From positions 57,839 to 121,838 of the forward strand of contig JANNXA010000036.1 in assembly GCA_031409275.1 (NCBI GenBank): 64,000 nt of DNA, in the 5' to 3' direction. This DNA comes from Planctomycetota bacterium. Its GTDB lineage: Bacteria > Planctomycetota > B15-G4 > SIAN01. Shown piece after piece: positions 1 to 8,764 of this stretch. The translations under genes and the position numbers were made by a program. The number at the start of each line of letters is the position of its first letter. Within the stretch, counting starts at the first letter, position 1. The notes beneath the pieces were generated by a model. The model was not told the origin of the DNA, searched no databases, and saw only the letters and a program-made list of their open reading frames with translations.

Positions 1-442
1 GGACGCTCGTGTCGAGCACGAACGTCGCCGGGCCTTCGTTCACCAGTTCGACCCGCATCGACGCGCCGAAGCGGCCGGTTTCGACGGGGACGGCGCGGGC
101 GCGGAGGCGCGCCACGAATTCGTCGAACCAACGGCGGCCCGCCTCGGGCGGCGCCGCGGCGATGAAGTCGGGACGGCGACCGCGCGCGAGACCGGCCAGC
201 AGCGTGAACTGCGAGATGGCGAGCACGCCGCCAGCGATCTCGGGCAGCGCAAGGTTCATCTTCCCGGCGCCATCCTCGAAGACGCGCAACTCGTGGATCC
301 GGCGCGCCAGGTAGTCGGCCTCGCGCTCGCCGTCGCCATGCGCGACTCCGAGCAGGACCACGAAGCCCCGACCGACGCTCCCGACCAGCTCCGCATCGAC
401 ATGCACCGTGCCGCGAGCGACCCGCTGCACCACGGCGATCAT
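1..442 (-). CDS. dtd: D-aminoacyl-tRNA deacylase (3' end runs off the window; missing from ORF track)
   Basis: Hand translation from ATG at 442: MIAVVQRVARGTV...LLGVAHGD...RVFEDGAGKMN...ISQFTL...GRRPDF...TGRFGASMRVELVNEGPATF. Contains the SQFTL and N-x-GP motifs; ATGA overlap with the upstream TPR gene. Confidence 0.95.
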   Translation of the reverse strand, partial: MIAVVQRVARGTVHVDAELVGSVGRGFVVLLGVAHGDGEREADYLARRIHELRVFEDGAGKMNLALPEIAGGVLAISQFTLLAGLARGRRPDFIAAAPPEAGRRWFDEFVARLRARAVPVETGRFGASMRVELVNEGPATFVLDTSV

Positions 443-1599
443 TGCCCGATCTCCGGCGGCGCGTCTTCGAGCGGATCGACCGTTCGCGGCGCCGGCTCGT
501 CGCGTTGCAGCTGCGCCCGCAGTTCGCGCACCTGATTGGGCACGTAGAAGAGCCGGTAGAAGACCTGGTCGGCCGGCAGCGGTCGCGTCATGGTCTGCGC
601 GCGCAGCAGATACTCCTCGAAGGCCGCGAGCGCTTGTTCGGGATGGTTGCGCTGCTTCATCTCGACCACGCCGATGTTGTAGAGCGCGGTGAGGCACTCG
701 CGATCGAGCGCCAGCGAGTGTTCCCACGCCGCGATCGCCTCGCCATCGCGATTGCGGCGGGCGAAAGCGGTCCCGAGGTCGAGCCACGCGTCGCGTGCCA
801 GCTCGAGTGCTTCGGGAGTCGGCGCTTCGCCGACCGTTGCGAGGATCGCGCGCAGCTGCTTCTCGGCGGCCGTCGCGTCGCTGCGATCATCGGCCTCGAG
901 CAGCAGCTGCGCGAGCCGATGGCGCTCGAACGGATCGCCGGCCGTGATCTCGACCAGCAGTTCGCGCGCCTCGATCGCCCGCTCGCGCGTGCCGCCGTCC
1001 TGTTCGAGGTCGGCAAGCATCCGCAACGCCTCGATCAGCGACGGGTCACGCGCCAGCGCCTCGTCGCAGAGCACCCGGGCCCGATCGGCGCGTCCGTCGC
1101 GCTGCTCCAGGAAGGCCAGTCCGTACCTGGCAAAGGCGAAGTCATCGTCCTGATCGATCGCGGCGGTTAGCAGATTGCGCGCCTCGGCCGACCGCTCCGG
1201 CAGGAGAGCGCGCGCGGCGAGCAGCTTCTCCGCGGCGGTCGCGACCGGGCCACTCGCGTAGCGCTCGCGCGCGGCGCGTTCATCGAGCGCGATCTCGAGG
1301 TCCTGCACCAGCAAGGCGGCCCGAATCTCCTCGGGCGCCGCCACTTGCGCGAGCCGCGCCGAGATCAACGCCGATTCGAGCAGCGAACGGCGCTCGACCT
1401 CGCCAACCGTCGCCGCGTGTCGCTGGGCCTCGACCGCTCGCGCCATGGCGGCCGCCACTGCCGGCGCGAACTCGACCGGCTGCGCCCGCAGCCTCGACGC
1501 GCAGCCCCCCGACGCGAGCGCCAGCACCACGAGCAGCGGCAGAATCCGCCACGAACCGTGCGCCGGCGCCGCGAACCTGTCGGCCCCGCCGCGTGTCAC
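439..1599 (-). CDS. TPR-repeat lipoprotein
   Basis: Hydrophobic leader ending LASGGC; multiple TPR-like helices (AWLDLGTAFARRNRDGEAIAAWEHSLALD, ALYNIGVV); GTGA overlap with the trpS stop. Confidence 0.75.
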   Translation of the reverse strand: MTRGGADRFAAPAHGSWRILPLLVVLALASGGCASRLRAQPVEFAPAVAAAMARAVEAQRHAATVGEVERRSLLESALISARLAQVAAPEEIRAALLVQDLEIALDERAARERYASGPVATAAEKLLAARALLPERSAEARNLLTAAIDQDDDFAFARYGLAFLEQRDGRADRARVLCDEALARDPSLIEALRMLADLEQDGGTRERAIEARELLVEITAGDPFERHRLAQLLLEADDRSDATAAEKQLRAILATVGEAPTPEALELARDAWLDLGTAFARRNRDGEAIAAWEHSLALDRECLTALYNIGVVEMKQRNHPEQALAAFEEYLLRAQTMTRPLPADQVFYRLFYVPNQVRELRAQLQRDEPAPRTVDPLEDAPPEIGQ

Positions 1600-2612
1600 T
1601 TCCGCGGTGCGAGGCCGCGCACGCCGATGCGCGTGCGGACCTCCTCCATCGTCGCCTGCGCGATGGCCGCCGCCTTCTTGCGGCCAACTTCGAGCAGATC
1701 GTGCAGGTCATCGGGCCGTGCCCGCCACGCCGCTTGTGCTTCGCGAATCGGCGTCAGCTGCTCGATGACACGATCGGCGAGCTCCTTCTTGCAGTCGACG
1801 CATCCGAGCGCGGCGCTGCGGCAGTCGCGCTCGATCGCCTCGACGCGCGCCGGATCGCGCGGGCCGGTGAAGCAGCCGTGCAACGTAAAGATGTTGCAGA
1901 TCTCCGGATGGCCCGGATCGTTGCGGCGCAGTCGCGCGGGATCGGTGACGGCGACCTTCAGCTTGGCGCGGATCGCGTCGGGCGCTTCGCCGATGGCGAT
2001 GGTGTTGCCCTTCGACTTCGACATCTTCGAGTTGCCGTCGAGCCCCTTCAGTCGCGCCAGCTTCGAGAGCAGCGGCTGCGGTTCGGGAAAGGTCTCGCCG
2101 AAGCGACGGTTGAAGCGGCGCGCGATCTCGCGGGACAGCTCGAGGTGCTGCACCTGGTCCTCACCGACGGGGACGCGGTCGGCCTTGTAGAGCAGGATGT
2201 CGGCGGCCTGCAGCACCGGGTAGGTGAGGATGCCGGCGTTGAGGTTTTCGCTGTGCTGCGCCGCCTTGTCCTTGTACTGCGTCATCCGCTCGAGTTCGCC
2301 GACCATCGTGCAGCAGATGAAGATCCACCCGAGTTCGGTGTGCTCGGGCACAGCCGACTGGCGGAAGAGCGTCACCTTCGCCGGGTCGAGGCCGCACGCG
2401 AGCAGGCTCGCCGCCATGTCGAGCGAGTTCGAGCGCATCTGGTCGGGCGACAGGTCGATCGACAGCGCGTGGTAGTCGACGATGGCGTAGAGCGCGTCGG
2501 CGCGATCGGGCGCGGCCTGCTGCTCCACCCATTGGCGGATCGCGCCGAGGTAGTTGCCGAGATGGGGTTCGCCGGTCGGTTGGATGCCGCTGAAGATGCG
2601 GTGACGTGCCAT
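1596..2612 (-). CDS. trpS: Tryptophanyl-tRNA synthetase
   Basis: Start re-picked at ATG 2612 (MARHRIFSGIQPTG); HLGNYLGA, YPVLQAADILLY, VPVGEDQVQHLE and KMSKS motifs. Confidence 0.97.
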   Translation of the reverse strand: MARHRIFSGIQPTGEPHLGNYLGAIRQWVEQQAAPDRADALYAIVDYHALSIDLSPDQMRSNSLDMAASLLACGLDPAKVTLFRQSAVPEHTELGWIFICCTMVGELERMTQYKDKAAQHSENLNAGILTYPVLQAADILLYKADRVPVGEDQVQHLELSREIARRFNRRFGETFPEPQPLLSKLARLKGLDGNSKMSKSKGNTIAIGEAPDAIRAKLKVAVTDPARLRRNDPGHPEICNIFTLHGCFTGPRDPARVEAIERDCRSAALGCVDCKKELADRVIEQLTPIREAQAAWRARPDDLHDLLEVGRKKAAAIAQATMEEVRTRIGVRGLAPRK

Positions 2613-2644
2613 GCGATCCCTTTGGTTGCGCCTTGCGGCGCGCG

Positions 2645-2654
2645 AGCATAACTT
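2645..2654. promoter_or_regulatory. Overlapping divergent -10-like hexamers (trpS / mla operon)
   Basis: TATGCT on - (2650-2645) and TAACTT on + (2649-2654) in a 69-bp divergent gap; GGAGG precedes the + strand start. Confidence 0.4.
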
Positions 2655-2681
2655 CGCCCGCGTCCGCACGCGGAGGGGAGC

Positions 2682-4208
2682 TTGAGCGGTCGATCGCGCG
2701 CGCGCGCCACGAAATCCTCGTCCACCACCATCGCAGCGGCGCTCGTCGCCATGCTGGCGGTATCGGGCTGCGCCGGCTCGGACATCGACGCCAACCCGTT
2801 CCACGTCGGCCGCACCTACGACACTGGCCACGGCGAAGCGGCGCGCGTGCAGGTGCTTGGCCCCCTCTGGGACGATTCGATCGAGCCCGATCGGCGCGAG
2901 ACGGCGCTCCACCCCTTGTGGCGCCGGGTCGAGACGCCGACCGAAGTCCGAACGCAGGTGCTCGCCCCCCTCTTCGCCAACCGGACGACGGCCGACGAGA
3001 GCAGTTCGCGCTTCCTGGCGCTCGCCTTTTCCCGGACCCACCGTTCGAGCAGCACGACCGGCGACTACGACTTCATGTTCTTTCCGCTGCTGTGGTGGGG
3101 AAACGGCGATCGCGCCGCCGAGCGCTACTTCGCCCTGTTCCCGGTCGGTGGCGTCATCGAGAGCTTCGGCGGCTTCGCGCGGGTCGGCTTCGTCCTCTTC
3201 CCGCTCTACTACTGGGCCACCAAGGAGATCACCGAGTCGGAGACGTTCCACAACATCACGCCGTTCTTCGGCTGGGTCGACGGCGGACCGCGCGACGGCT
3301 CTTGGCGCGTGCTGCCACTCGTCGGCCACTGGAAATACGAGGGCAAGTACGACAAGTGGTCGGTCCTGTGGCCCTTCCTCCACTGGCAGAGGAACCGCCT
3401 CGACACGAACGACCCGTCGACCAACTTCGCCTTCTGGCCGCTGTTTGGTCTCGAGCGCAGCAAGCGAATCCACTTCCTCTCCTTCCTCTGGCCCTTCTTC
3501 CGCTTCCGGACCGAGCGCGTCGAGAGTTTCGATGAGGCAAACGTCCGTACCGAGAGCGAGTACTGGCGGCGCGACGTCCTGTGGCCGCTGTGGCGCAGCG
3601 AACACGAGCGCGACTGGGACTACTTGCGCCTCTTCCCCTTCTTCTCGCGCTACCGCAGCGCGGAGCTCGACAGCGACGCCTACGCGATCCCGCTGCTGTG
3701 GCGCCGCACGACGCGCGAGCGCGATTGGACCAAGCAGACGTTCGACTTCGTCCCGCTCGTCCACTGGGAGCGCAAGACCTGGAACACGCCGGCCGCGGGC
3801 GGCCCTCCTCGCGCCGACGACACCGCATTCAAGCTGTGGCCGCTCTTCTCCGTCAGCGACGAGGCGAGCGCGAACGAGGTCAAGGTACCGGCGCTGCTGC
3901 CGCTCGACCTCGAGCGCTACACCGGCGACTTCGAGGCGAGCTTCGGTCCGCTCTTCGAGCTCTGGCACACGCGACGAGCGGCGGACGGCAGCGTCCGCGG
4001 CAACGCACTGCTGCGCCTGGTCGACTGGGAATCGCGCGACGGGCGCGACCGATTCTCGATTCCTCTGCTCTACTCCCTCGACCGCACGCCGACCCGGACC
4101 ACCCATCGCCTGTTGCTGGGCATGCTTCGCTTCGGCAGCGGCGAGGGCGGCGCGGAGTTCAAGCTCCTCGGCATGCCGATCCTGACCCCCGAGGTTGCAT
4201 CCCGGTGA
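2682..4208 (+). CDS. Lipoprotein with ~20 hydrophobic-Pro (LWPF/LFPL-type) repeats, unknown function, first gene of mla/MCE operon
   Basis: Leader ending AVSGC; repeats such as VLGPLW, ALHPLW, MFFPLL, VLWPFL, AFWPLF, FLWPFF, VLWPLW, KLWPLF; GTGA overlap with mlaE. Confidence 0.8.
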   Translation: MSGRSRARATKSSSTTIAAALVAMLAVSGCAGSDIDANPFHVGRTYDTGHGEAARVQVLGPLWDDSIEPDRRETALHPLWRRVETPTEVRTQVLAPLFANRTTADESSSRFLALAFSRTHRSSSTTGDYDFMFFPLLWWGNGDRAAERYFALFPVGGVIESFGGFARVGFVLFPLYYWATKEITESETFHNITPFFGWVDGGPRDGSWRVLPLVGHWKYEGKYDKWSVLWPFLHWQRNRLDTNDPSTNFAFWPLFGLERSKRIHFLSFLWPFFRFRTERVESFDEANVRTESEYWRRDVLWPLWRSEHERDWDYLRLFPFFSRYRSAELDSDAYAIPLLWRRTTRERDWTKQTFDFVPLVHWERKTWNTPAAGGPPRADDTAFKLWPLFSVSDEASANEVKVPALLPLDLERYTGDFEASFGPLFELWHTRRAADGSVRGNALLRLVDWESRDGRDRFSIPLLYSLDRTPTRTTHRLLLGMLRFGSGEGGAEFKLLGMPILTPEVASR

Positions 4209-5002
4209 TCCGCTTCTTCTCGTTCCTCGGCCGCACGATCGAAGAGGCGGTGCAAGGCACCGGCAAAACGGTCGAACTGCTGATCGTGGCGTCGCTCTAC
4301 GTGAGGCACGCCTGGAAGCGCCGCCGCTTCCTGCTCGAGCAGCTCTACACCTGCGGCATTCGTCCTCTGCCGGTCGTCCTTGTCGTCGCCCTCTTCACCG
4401 GGATGATCCTCGCGCTGCAGACGGGCATCGAGCTCGACCGCTTCGGTGCCAAGGACCGGATCGCCTCGATCATCGGGCTCGGGCTGTGTCGCGAGATGGG
4501 CCCGTTCATGACGGCGCTGATCCTGACCGCGAGCGTCGGGTCGGGCATCGCCGCCGAGATCGCCACGATGAAGGTCTCGGAGGAGATCGACGCCCTCGAG
4601 ATCATGTCGATCCGACCCGAGTCGTTCCTGGTGATGCCGCGCCTCATCGCCATGGCGATCGCGACCCCGGTGCTGACGTTCGTCACTGACACGGTCGGCG
4701 TCCTCGGCGGCTGCCTCGTCGGCGCCACGCGGCTACGCATCGCGCCCGAGCTCTTTCTGAAGCACGTGGTCGAATCGCTGTCGCAGGACTTGACGATCTT
4801 CGGCTTGCCCAAGGACCTCTACACGGGGCTCGCCAAGGCCTTCGTCTTCGGGATCATCATCGCGGTGGTCGGCAGCGCGACGGGCCTGCGCGCCACCGGT
4901 GGCGCCATCGGGGTCGGCCGCGCCACTCGTAGCGCCGTCATCCAGAGCTTCGTCCTCATCATCGTGGTCGGGTACTACCTGACTTCGCTCTTCTACTCGT
5001 GA
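4205..5002 (+). CDS. mlaE: MlaE-family ABC permease
   Basis: Start GTG 4205; LFTGMILALQ, REMGPFMTALI, IAAEIATMKVSEEIDALE, PRLIA, GGAIGVGRAT. Confidence 0.92.
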   Translation: MIRFFSFLGRTIEEAVQGTGKTVELLIVASLYVRHAWKRRRFLLEQLYTCGIRPLPVVLVVALFTGMILALQTGIELDRFGAKDRIASIIGLGLCREMGPFMTALILTASVGSGIAAEIATMKVSEEIDALEIMSIRPESFLVMPRLIAMAIATPVLTFVTDTVGVLGGCLVGATRLRIAPELFLKHVVESLSQDLTIFGLPKDLYTGLAKAFVFGIIIAVVGSATGLRATGGAIGVGRATRSAVIQSFVLIIVVGYYLTSLFYS

Positions 5003-5817
5003 GCGCGCGCGTGGAACCTCCGTCCGAAGCTGCTGCTCCCCCTGCCTCGGCTGGCACCGACGAGGTGCTGATCCGCATGGTGGACGTGCACAAGGCGTTC
5101 GGACGCAAGCAGGTGCTGCGCGGGATCAACCTCGATGTGCGGCGCGGCGAGACCTTCGTCATCCTCGGCCCATCGGGCACCGGCAAGTCGTGCCTGCTCA
5201 AGCTGCTGGTCGGGCTGCTCGAGCCGGATGCTGGCGAAGTATGGGTCGGCAAGGAGCGCGTCGACCACGCCACGCACCGCGTCCTCTGGGAGGTGCGCGG
5301 CCGCATCGGCTACCTGTTCCAGTCGAGCGCGCTGATCAACTGGCTCTCGGTCGCCGAGAACGTCGCCCTTCCGCTCGCGGAGCACACGCGACTGCGCCGG
5401 CACGAGATCGATCGGCGCGTGGACGAGTACCTCTCGAAGGTCCACATGCTGCAGTCGAAGTACCAGATGCCAGCCGAACTCTCGGGCGGGCAGAAGCGCC
5501 GCGTCGCGCTGGCGCGCGTGCTGGCGGGGGCGCCGACCATCATCCTTTACGACGAACCCACCGCCGGACTCGATCCGGTGATGACGGCGAACATCGCCGC
5601 CCTGATCCGCAGCGTGCAGCGCGAGTTCGGCGTCACCTCGATCCTCGTCACCCATGACCTGCCATGCGCGTGGGAGGCCGGCGATCGCGTCGCCTTCGTC
5701 GATGGCGGCACGGTCGTCCACTGCGACTCGACGCAACGGTTCCAGCACAGCAGCCATCCGGCGCTGCGCAACTTCCTGAGCGGCGGCCGTACCCCCGCAT
5801 CCGGAGCTCCGCGATGA
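4999..5817 (+). CDS. mlaF: MlaF/Mkl-family ABC ATPase
   Basis: Walker A GPSGTGKS, signature LSGGQKRRVALAR, ILYDEPTAGLDP, VTHD; lies between mlaE and the MCE gene. Confidence 0.9.
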   Translation: MSARVEPPSEAAAPPASAGTDEVLIRMVDVHKAFGRKQVLRGINLDVRRGETFVILGPSGTGKSCLLKLLVGLLEPDAGEVWVGKERVDHATHRVLWEVRGRIGYLFQSSALINWLSVAENVALPLAEHTRLRRHEIDRRVDEYLSKVHMLQSKYQMPAELSGGQKRRVALARVLAGAPTIILYDEPTAGLDPVMTANIAALIRSVQREFGVTSILVTHDLPCAWEAGDRVAFVDGGTVVHCDSTQRFQHSSHPALRNFLSGGRTPASGAPR

Positions 5818-6986
5818 ACGCGATCCGCCACACGATCCTCGGCCTCTTCTTCTTCGTGACGCTCGTCGCGCTCGGCTTCATGACGATCTACCTCGGCGAC
5901 GTCACGACGACCGCGCAGCGCACCACGCTCATCGCCTACTTCGCCAACGTCGAAGGACTTGGCGCCGGCGATCCGGTGATGGTCTACGGCGTGCAGAGCG
6001 GCCGCGTGATCAAGGTCGAGTTCACTCCCGGCAACCCGCCACCGGAACGGCGGCTTCGCGTCACCTTCGTGGTCGACGTCCCGGTCGAGCTCAAAGAGGA
6101 CTACGCCATCGCGATCGGCAGCCCGTCGCTGCTCGGCGGCAAGCAACTCGACCTGATGGCGGGAATCGGCGCACCGCTGCCGGCCGCCGACGCGCTCGAG
6201 CTGAAGGGCGGCGCCGACTCGAACCTGATGCGCCAGTTCGCCGGGCTGCTCGAAGAGAATCGCGCCGACGTCCGGCGCATCGTGACCAGCGTCGCTCACC
6301 TCGTCGAAGACGTCGACGGCGGCAAGCGCTCGATCGTCGAGCTGCTGCTCAACAAGCAGGCGACCGACGACCTCACCGCGGGGCTCGCGAGCGCCCGTAC
6401 GCTGCTTTCGAAGGTCGAGCGCGGCGAAGGGAGCCTCGGGCAGCTGCTGCAATCGACCGAGCTGCACGATCAGGCGAAGGGGTTCTTCGCCAACGGCGGC
6501 CAGCTGCTGGCCGACGCCCGCGAGAAGAACGGACCGCTGCATGCCGCGATCTACGACGAAGCGCTCACCGCATCGTTGAAGCGCGGGATCGACGGCTTCG
6601 CCGCGACCGGCGAGCGCCTCGGCCGCGGAGAAGGCGCGCTCGGCAAGCTCACCACCGGCGCCTCGGATGCGACGTTCGACGCTGTCGCCGAGATCGTGCG
6701 CAAGGTCAACGCCGGTGAAGGCGCGATCGGCAAGCTCTTCTCCGACAAGGAGGTCGAGCAGCAGGTGACGCAGATCGTCGCGCGCTTCGCGGGCATCAGC
6801 AACGATGCGGCGGCGCTGCTCGACGCCGCGCGGCGCGGCCGCGGCGTGCTCGGACTGCTGGTTTCCGACGACGAGGCGCGCCGCAACGTGGAGCGCATCC
6901 TCGATCAGATCGCCCGCGCCGTCGAGGACGCACGCGAGGCGGCTCCCGTCTCCAGCGTGGCATCGTTCCTCTTCGGCCAGCTGTAG
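5814..6986 (+). CDS. mlaD: MCE/MlaD-domain protein with long helical C-terminus
   Basis: Start ATG 5814 (ATGA overlap); N-terminal TM; FANVEGLGAGDPVMVYGVQSGRV and SLLGGKQLDL; repeated GEGxLGxL units. Confidence 0.88.
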   Translation: MNAIRHTILGLFFFVTLVALGFMTIYLGDVTTTAQRTTLIAYFANVEGLGAGDPVMVYGVQSGRVIKVEFTPGNPPPERRLRVTFVVDVPVELKEDYAIAIGSPSLLGGKQLDLMAGIGAPLPAADALELKGGADSNLMRQFAGLLEENRADVRRIVTSVAHLVEDVDGGKRSIVELLLNKQATDDLTAGLASARTLLSKVERGEGSLGQLLQSTELHDQAKGFFANGGQLLADAREKNGPLHAAIYDEALTASLKRGIDGFAATGERLGRGEGALGKLTTGASDATFDAVAEIVRKVNAGEGAIGKLFSDKEVEQQVTQIVARFAGISNDAAALLDAARRGRGVLGLLVSDDEARRNVERILDQIARAVEDAREAAPVSSVASFLFGQL

Positions 6987-7004
6987 GACGTCGAACGGCG
7001 CGCC

Positions 7005-7757
7005 TCAGCGGCGCGCAGCAGCGATCCCAGCCGCGGCGAAGAGCGACACGCCAAACGGCAGATTCACCCAGTCCATGAGGCCGATCTCGGCGCGCATGAC
7101 GCCGTAGAGCAGCGTTTCGAGCGGACGCGGCAGCTTCAGGAAGAAGTCGGACGTCGCTGGCTCCTTGCCCGCGGCGGCACCGCGCAGCTTTCGCAACGCC
7201 CAGACCGGCGGCAGCACGGCGCTCGAGTAGTACGACAGCTTCTGCAGCGCGAGCCCGCCAGCGACGAGCTTGCGCCCGAGTTCTCCGCGCGTGTAGCGGC
7301 GGAAATGGTGGAACGCCACGTCGTGCTGGCTCCACAGGAACTGATAGGCCGGCACCGTGACCAGCAGCAGCGCGTCGTCGCGCGCGACGCGCCGCATCTC
7401 GGCGATCCCGGCCGCGTCGTCCGGCAGATGCTCGAGCGCGTCGAGCGCCATGACGACGTCGAAGCTCCGCTCCTTGAAGGGCAGCTTCATGGCATCGCAC
7501 TGCACGATGCGATCGATGCCGCGCCGCTTGCACAGTCGGATCGTCTCGGCGCTGATGTCGACGCCACGAAGGTTCCCGAAGGCCGTGAAGTGGCGAAACG
7601 ACATGCCTGCGGCGCACGCGATGTCGAGGATCTCGAGCGGCCGCCCCAGCTGCGCGCGACGGCGCTCCAGCCACTTCGCCACGAGGGCGCGGCGCGCTCG
7701 GTACCACCAGTTGGCGTCCTCGACCTCGAGGATCTTGTCGAACTCGGCCGCTTCCAC
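7005..7757 (-). CDS. Class I SAM-dependent methyltransferase (surface-glycan-locus type)
   Basis: Start GTG 7757 after GGAGAGGGG; EDANWWYRARR, ILDIACAAG, DALEHLPDD, TVPAYQFLWSQHD, HFRRY. Confidence 0.85.
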   Translation of the reverse strand: MEAAEFDKILEVEDANWWYRARRALVAKWLERRRAQLGRPLEILDIACAAGMSFRHFTAFGNLRGVDISAETIRLCKRRGIDRIVQCDAMKLPFKERSFDVVMALDALEHLPDDAAGIAEMRRVARDDALLLVTVPAYQFLWSQHDVAFHHFRRYTRGELGRKLVAGGLALQKLSYYSSAVLPPVWALRKLRGAAAGKEPATSDFFLKLPRPLETLLYGVMRAEIGLMDWVNLPFGVSLFAAAGIAAARR

Positions 7758-7783
7758 GTCGCCCCTCTCCGCCCGCTTCGCGC

Positions 7784-8764
7784 CTACGTCTCGCGGCGCA
7801 CGCGCGGGATCAAGAGCATGCCGAGCGCGAGCACGCCGATCACCCCCGCGACCAGCCAAGGAGCCCCCGGCCGCGCCGCGACGAACAAGCGCGGCACCGC
7901 CAACAGCGAGCAGAACAGCTGCACGACAGCCAACAGCAGCACCGCACTCCGCTCGCTCATCCCGAGCGCCTGCAGCCGATGCGTCGAGTGGCGGCGATCG
8001 CCGCGCCACGGGGCAATTCCGGCGCGCATCCGCAGCAGCGCGACGCTCGCAAGATCGGCGAGCGGAACGGCCGCCAGCAGCAGCCACTCGGGGCGTCCGC
8101 TGCTGATCAACACCGTCGCGAAACAGCCGCCGAGCAGCAGGCTCCCGCCGTCGCCCATGAAGACGCGACCCGCGGGATAGTTGAGCAGGAGGAAACCGAG
8201 GCTGCTGCCCGCCACCACGCCGCCGAAGAGCGCCGCCGCGCCGTGGCCGGCCACGATCGCCGCCGCGCAGGCGCAGCCGCCGCCAATCGCCGCGACGAGG
8301 CCGCACAGCCCATTCGCGTGGTCGATCGTGTTGGTGGCGTGGAGCGCCGCGAACGCCGCAGCAACGGCCACGAGCATGCGCGGATCGAGTCCAGCCGGGT
8401 GGATCCGCATCGCCGGCAGGAAGGCGATCAGCGTCGCCGCTGCCTTGACGGCGGGCGTCAAGCCGCGCAACCGCGCGTCGTCGACCACGCCGACGATGAA
8501 GCAAAGCAGCGGCACCATCAGCACGAGCGCGTCGCCGGAAGCGAGCCGCGTTCCGCCGATGCGCGTCCCGGCGACGCCGCCGGCCAGGACGCCCGCCAGC
8601 AAGGCGCCGCCGACCAGCGGCACCGCTTGCCGCTGCAACTTGCGGCCGCCGGGCGGGTCGACGAGTCCAAGATGACGTGCGCCGCGAATCAGCATCAGCG
8701 ACATGCCGAACGAGACGACTGCCGCCGCCAGTGCCGCACCGATCACCTCGGGCAGCAGATTCAC
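7784..8764 (-). CDS. MraY/WecA-family polyprenyl-phosphate HexNAc-1-P transferase
   Basis: Start GTG 8764; VDPPGGRK, GVVDD, NYPAGRVFMGDGGSLLLG, GDRRHSTHRL; multi-TM. Confidence 0.85.
   Translation of the reverse strand: MNLLPEVIGAALAAAVVSFGMSLMLIRGARHLGLVDPPGGRKLQRQAVPLVGGALLAGVLAGGVAGTRIGGTRLASGDALVLMVPLLCFIVGVVDDARLRGLTPAVKAAATLIAFLPAMRIHPAGLDPRMLVAVAAAFAALHATNTIDHANGLCGLVAAIGGGCACAAAIVAGHGAAALFGGVVAGSSLGFLLLNYPAGRVFMGDGGSLLLGGCFATVLISSGRPEWLLLAAVPLADLASVALLRMRAGIAPWRGDRRHSTHRLQALGMSERSAVLLLAVVQLFCSLLAVPRLFVAARPGAPWLVAGVIGVLALGMLLIPRVRRET

Noticed and set aside
2613..4106. Apparent ~500-aa N-terminal extension of TrpS (836-aa ORF)
   Set aside because: It is the antisense of the repeat lipoprotein; TrpS homology starts at ATG 2612. 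The same artefact inflates the ORF-track versions of mlaE, pepA, oppC, oppD, coaD, comEC and cutA.
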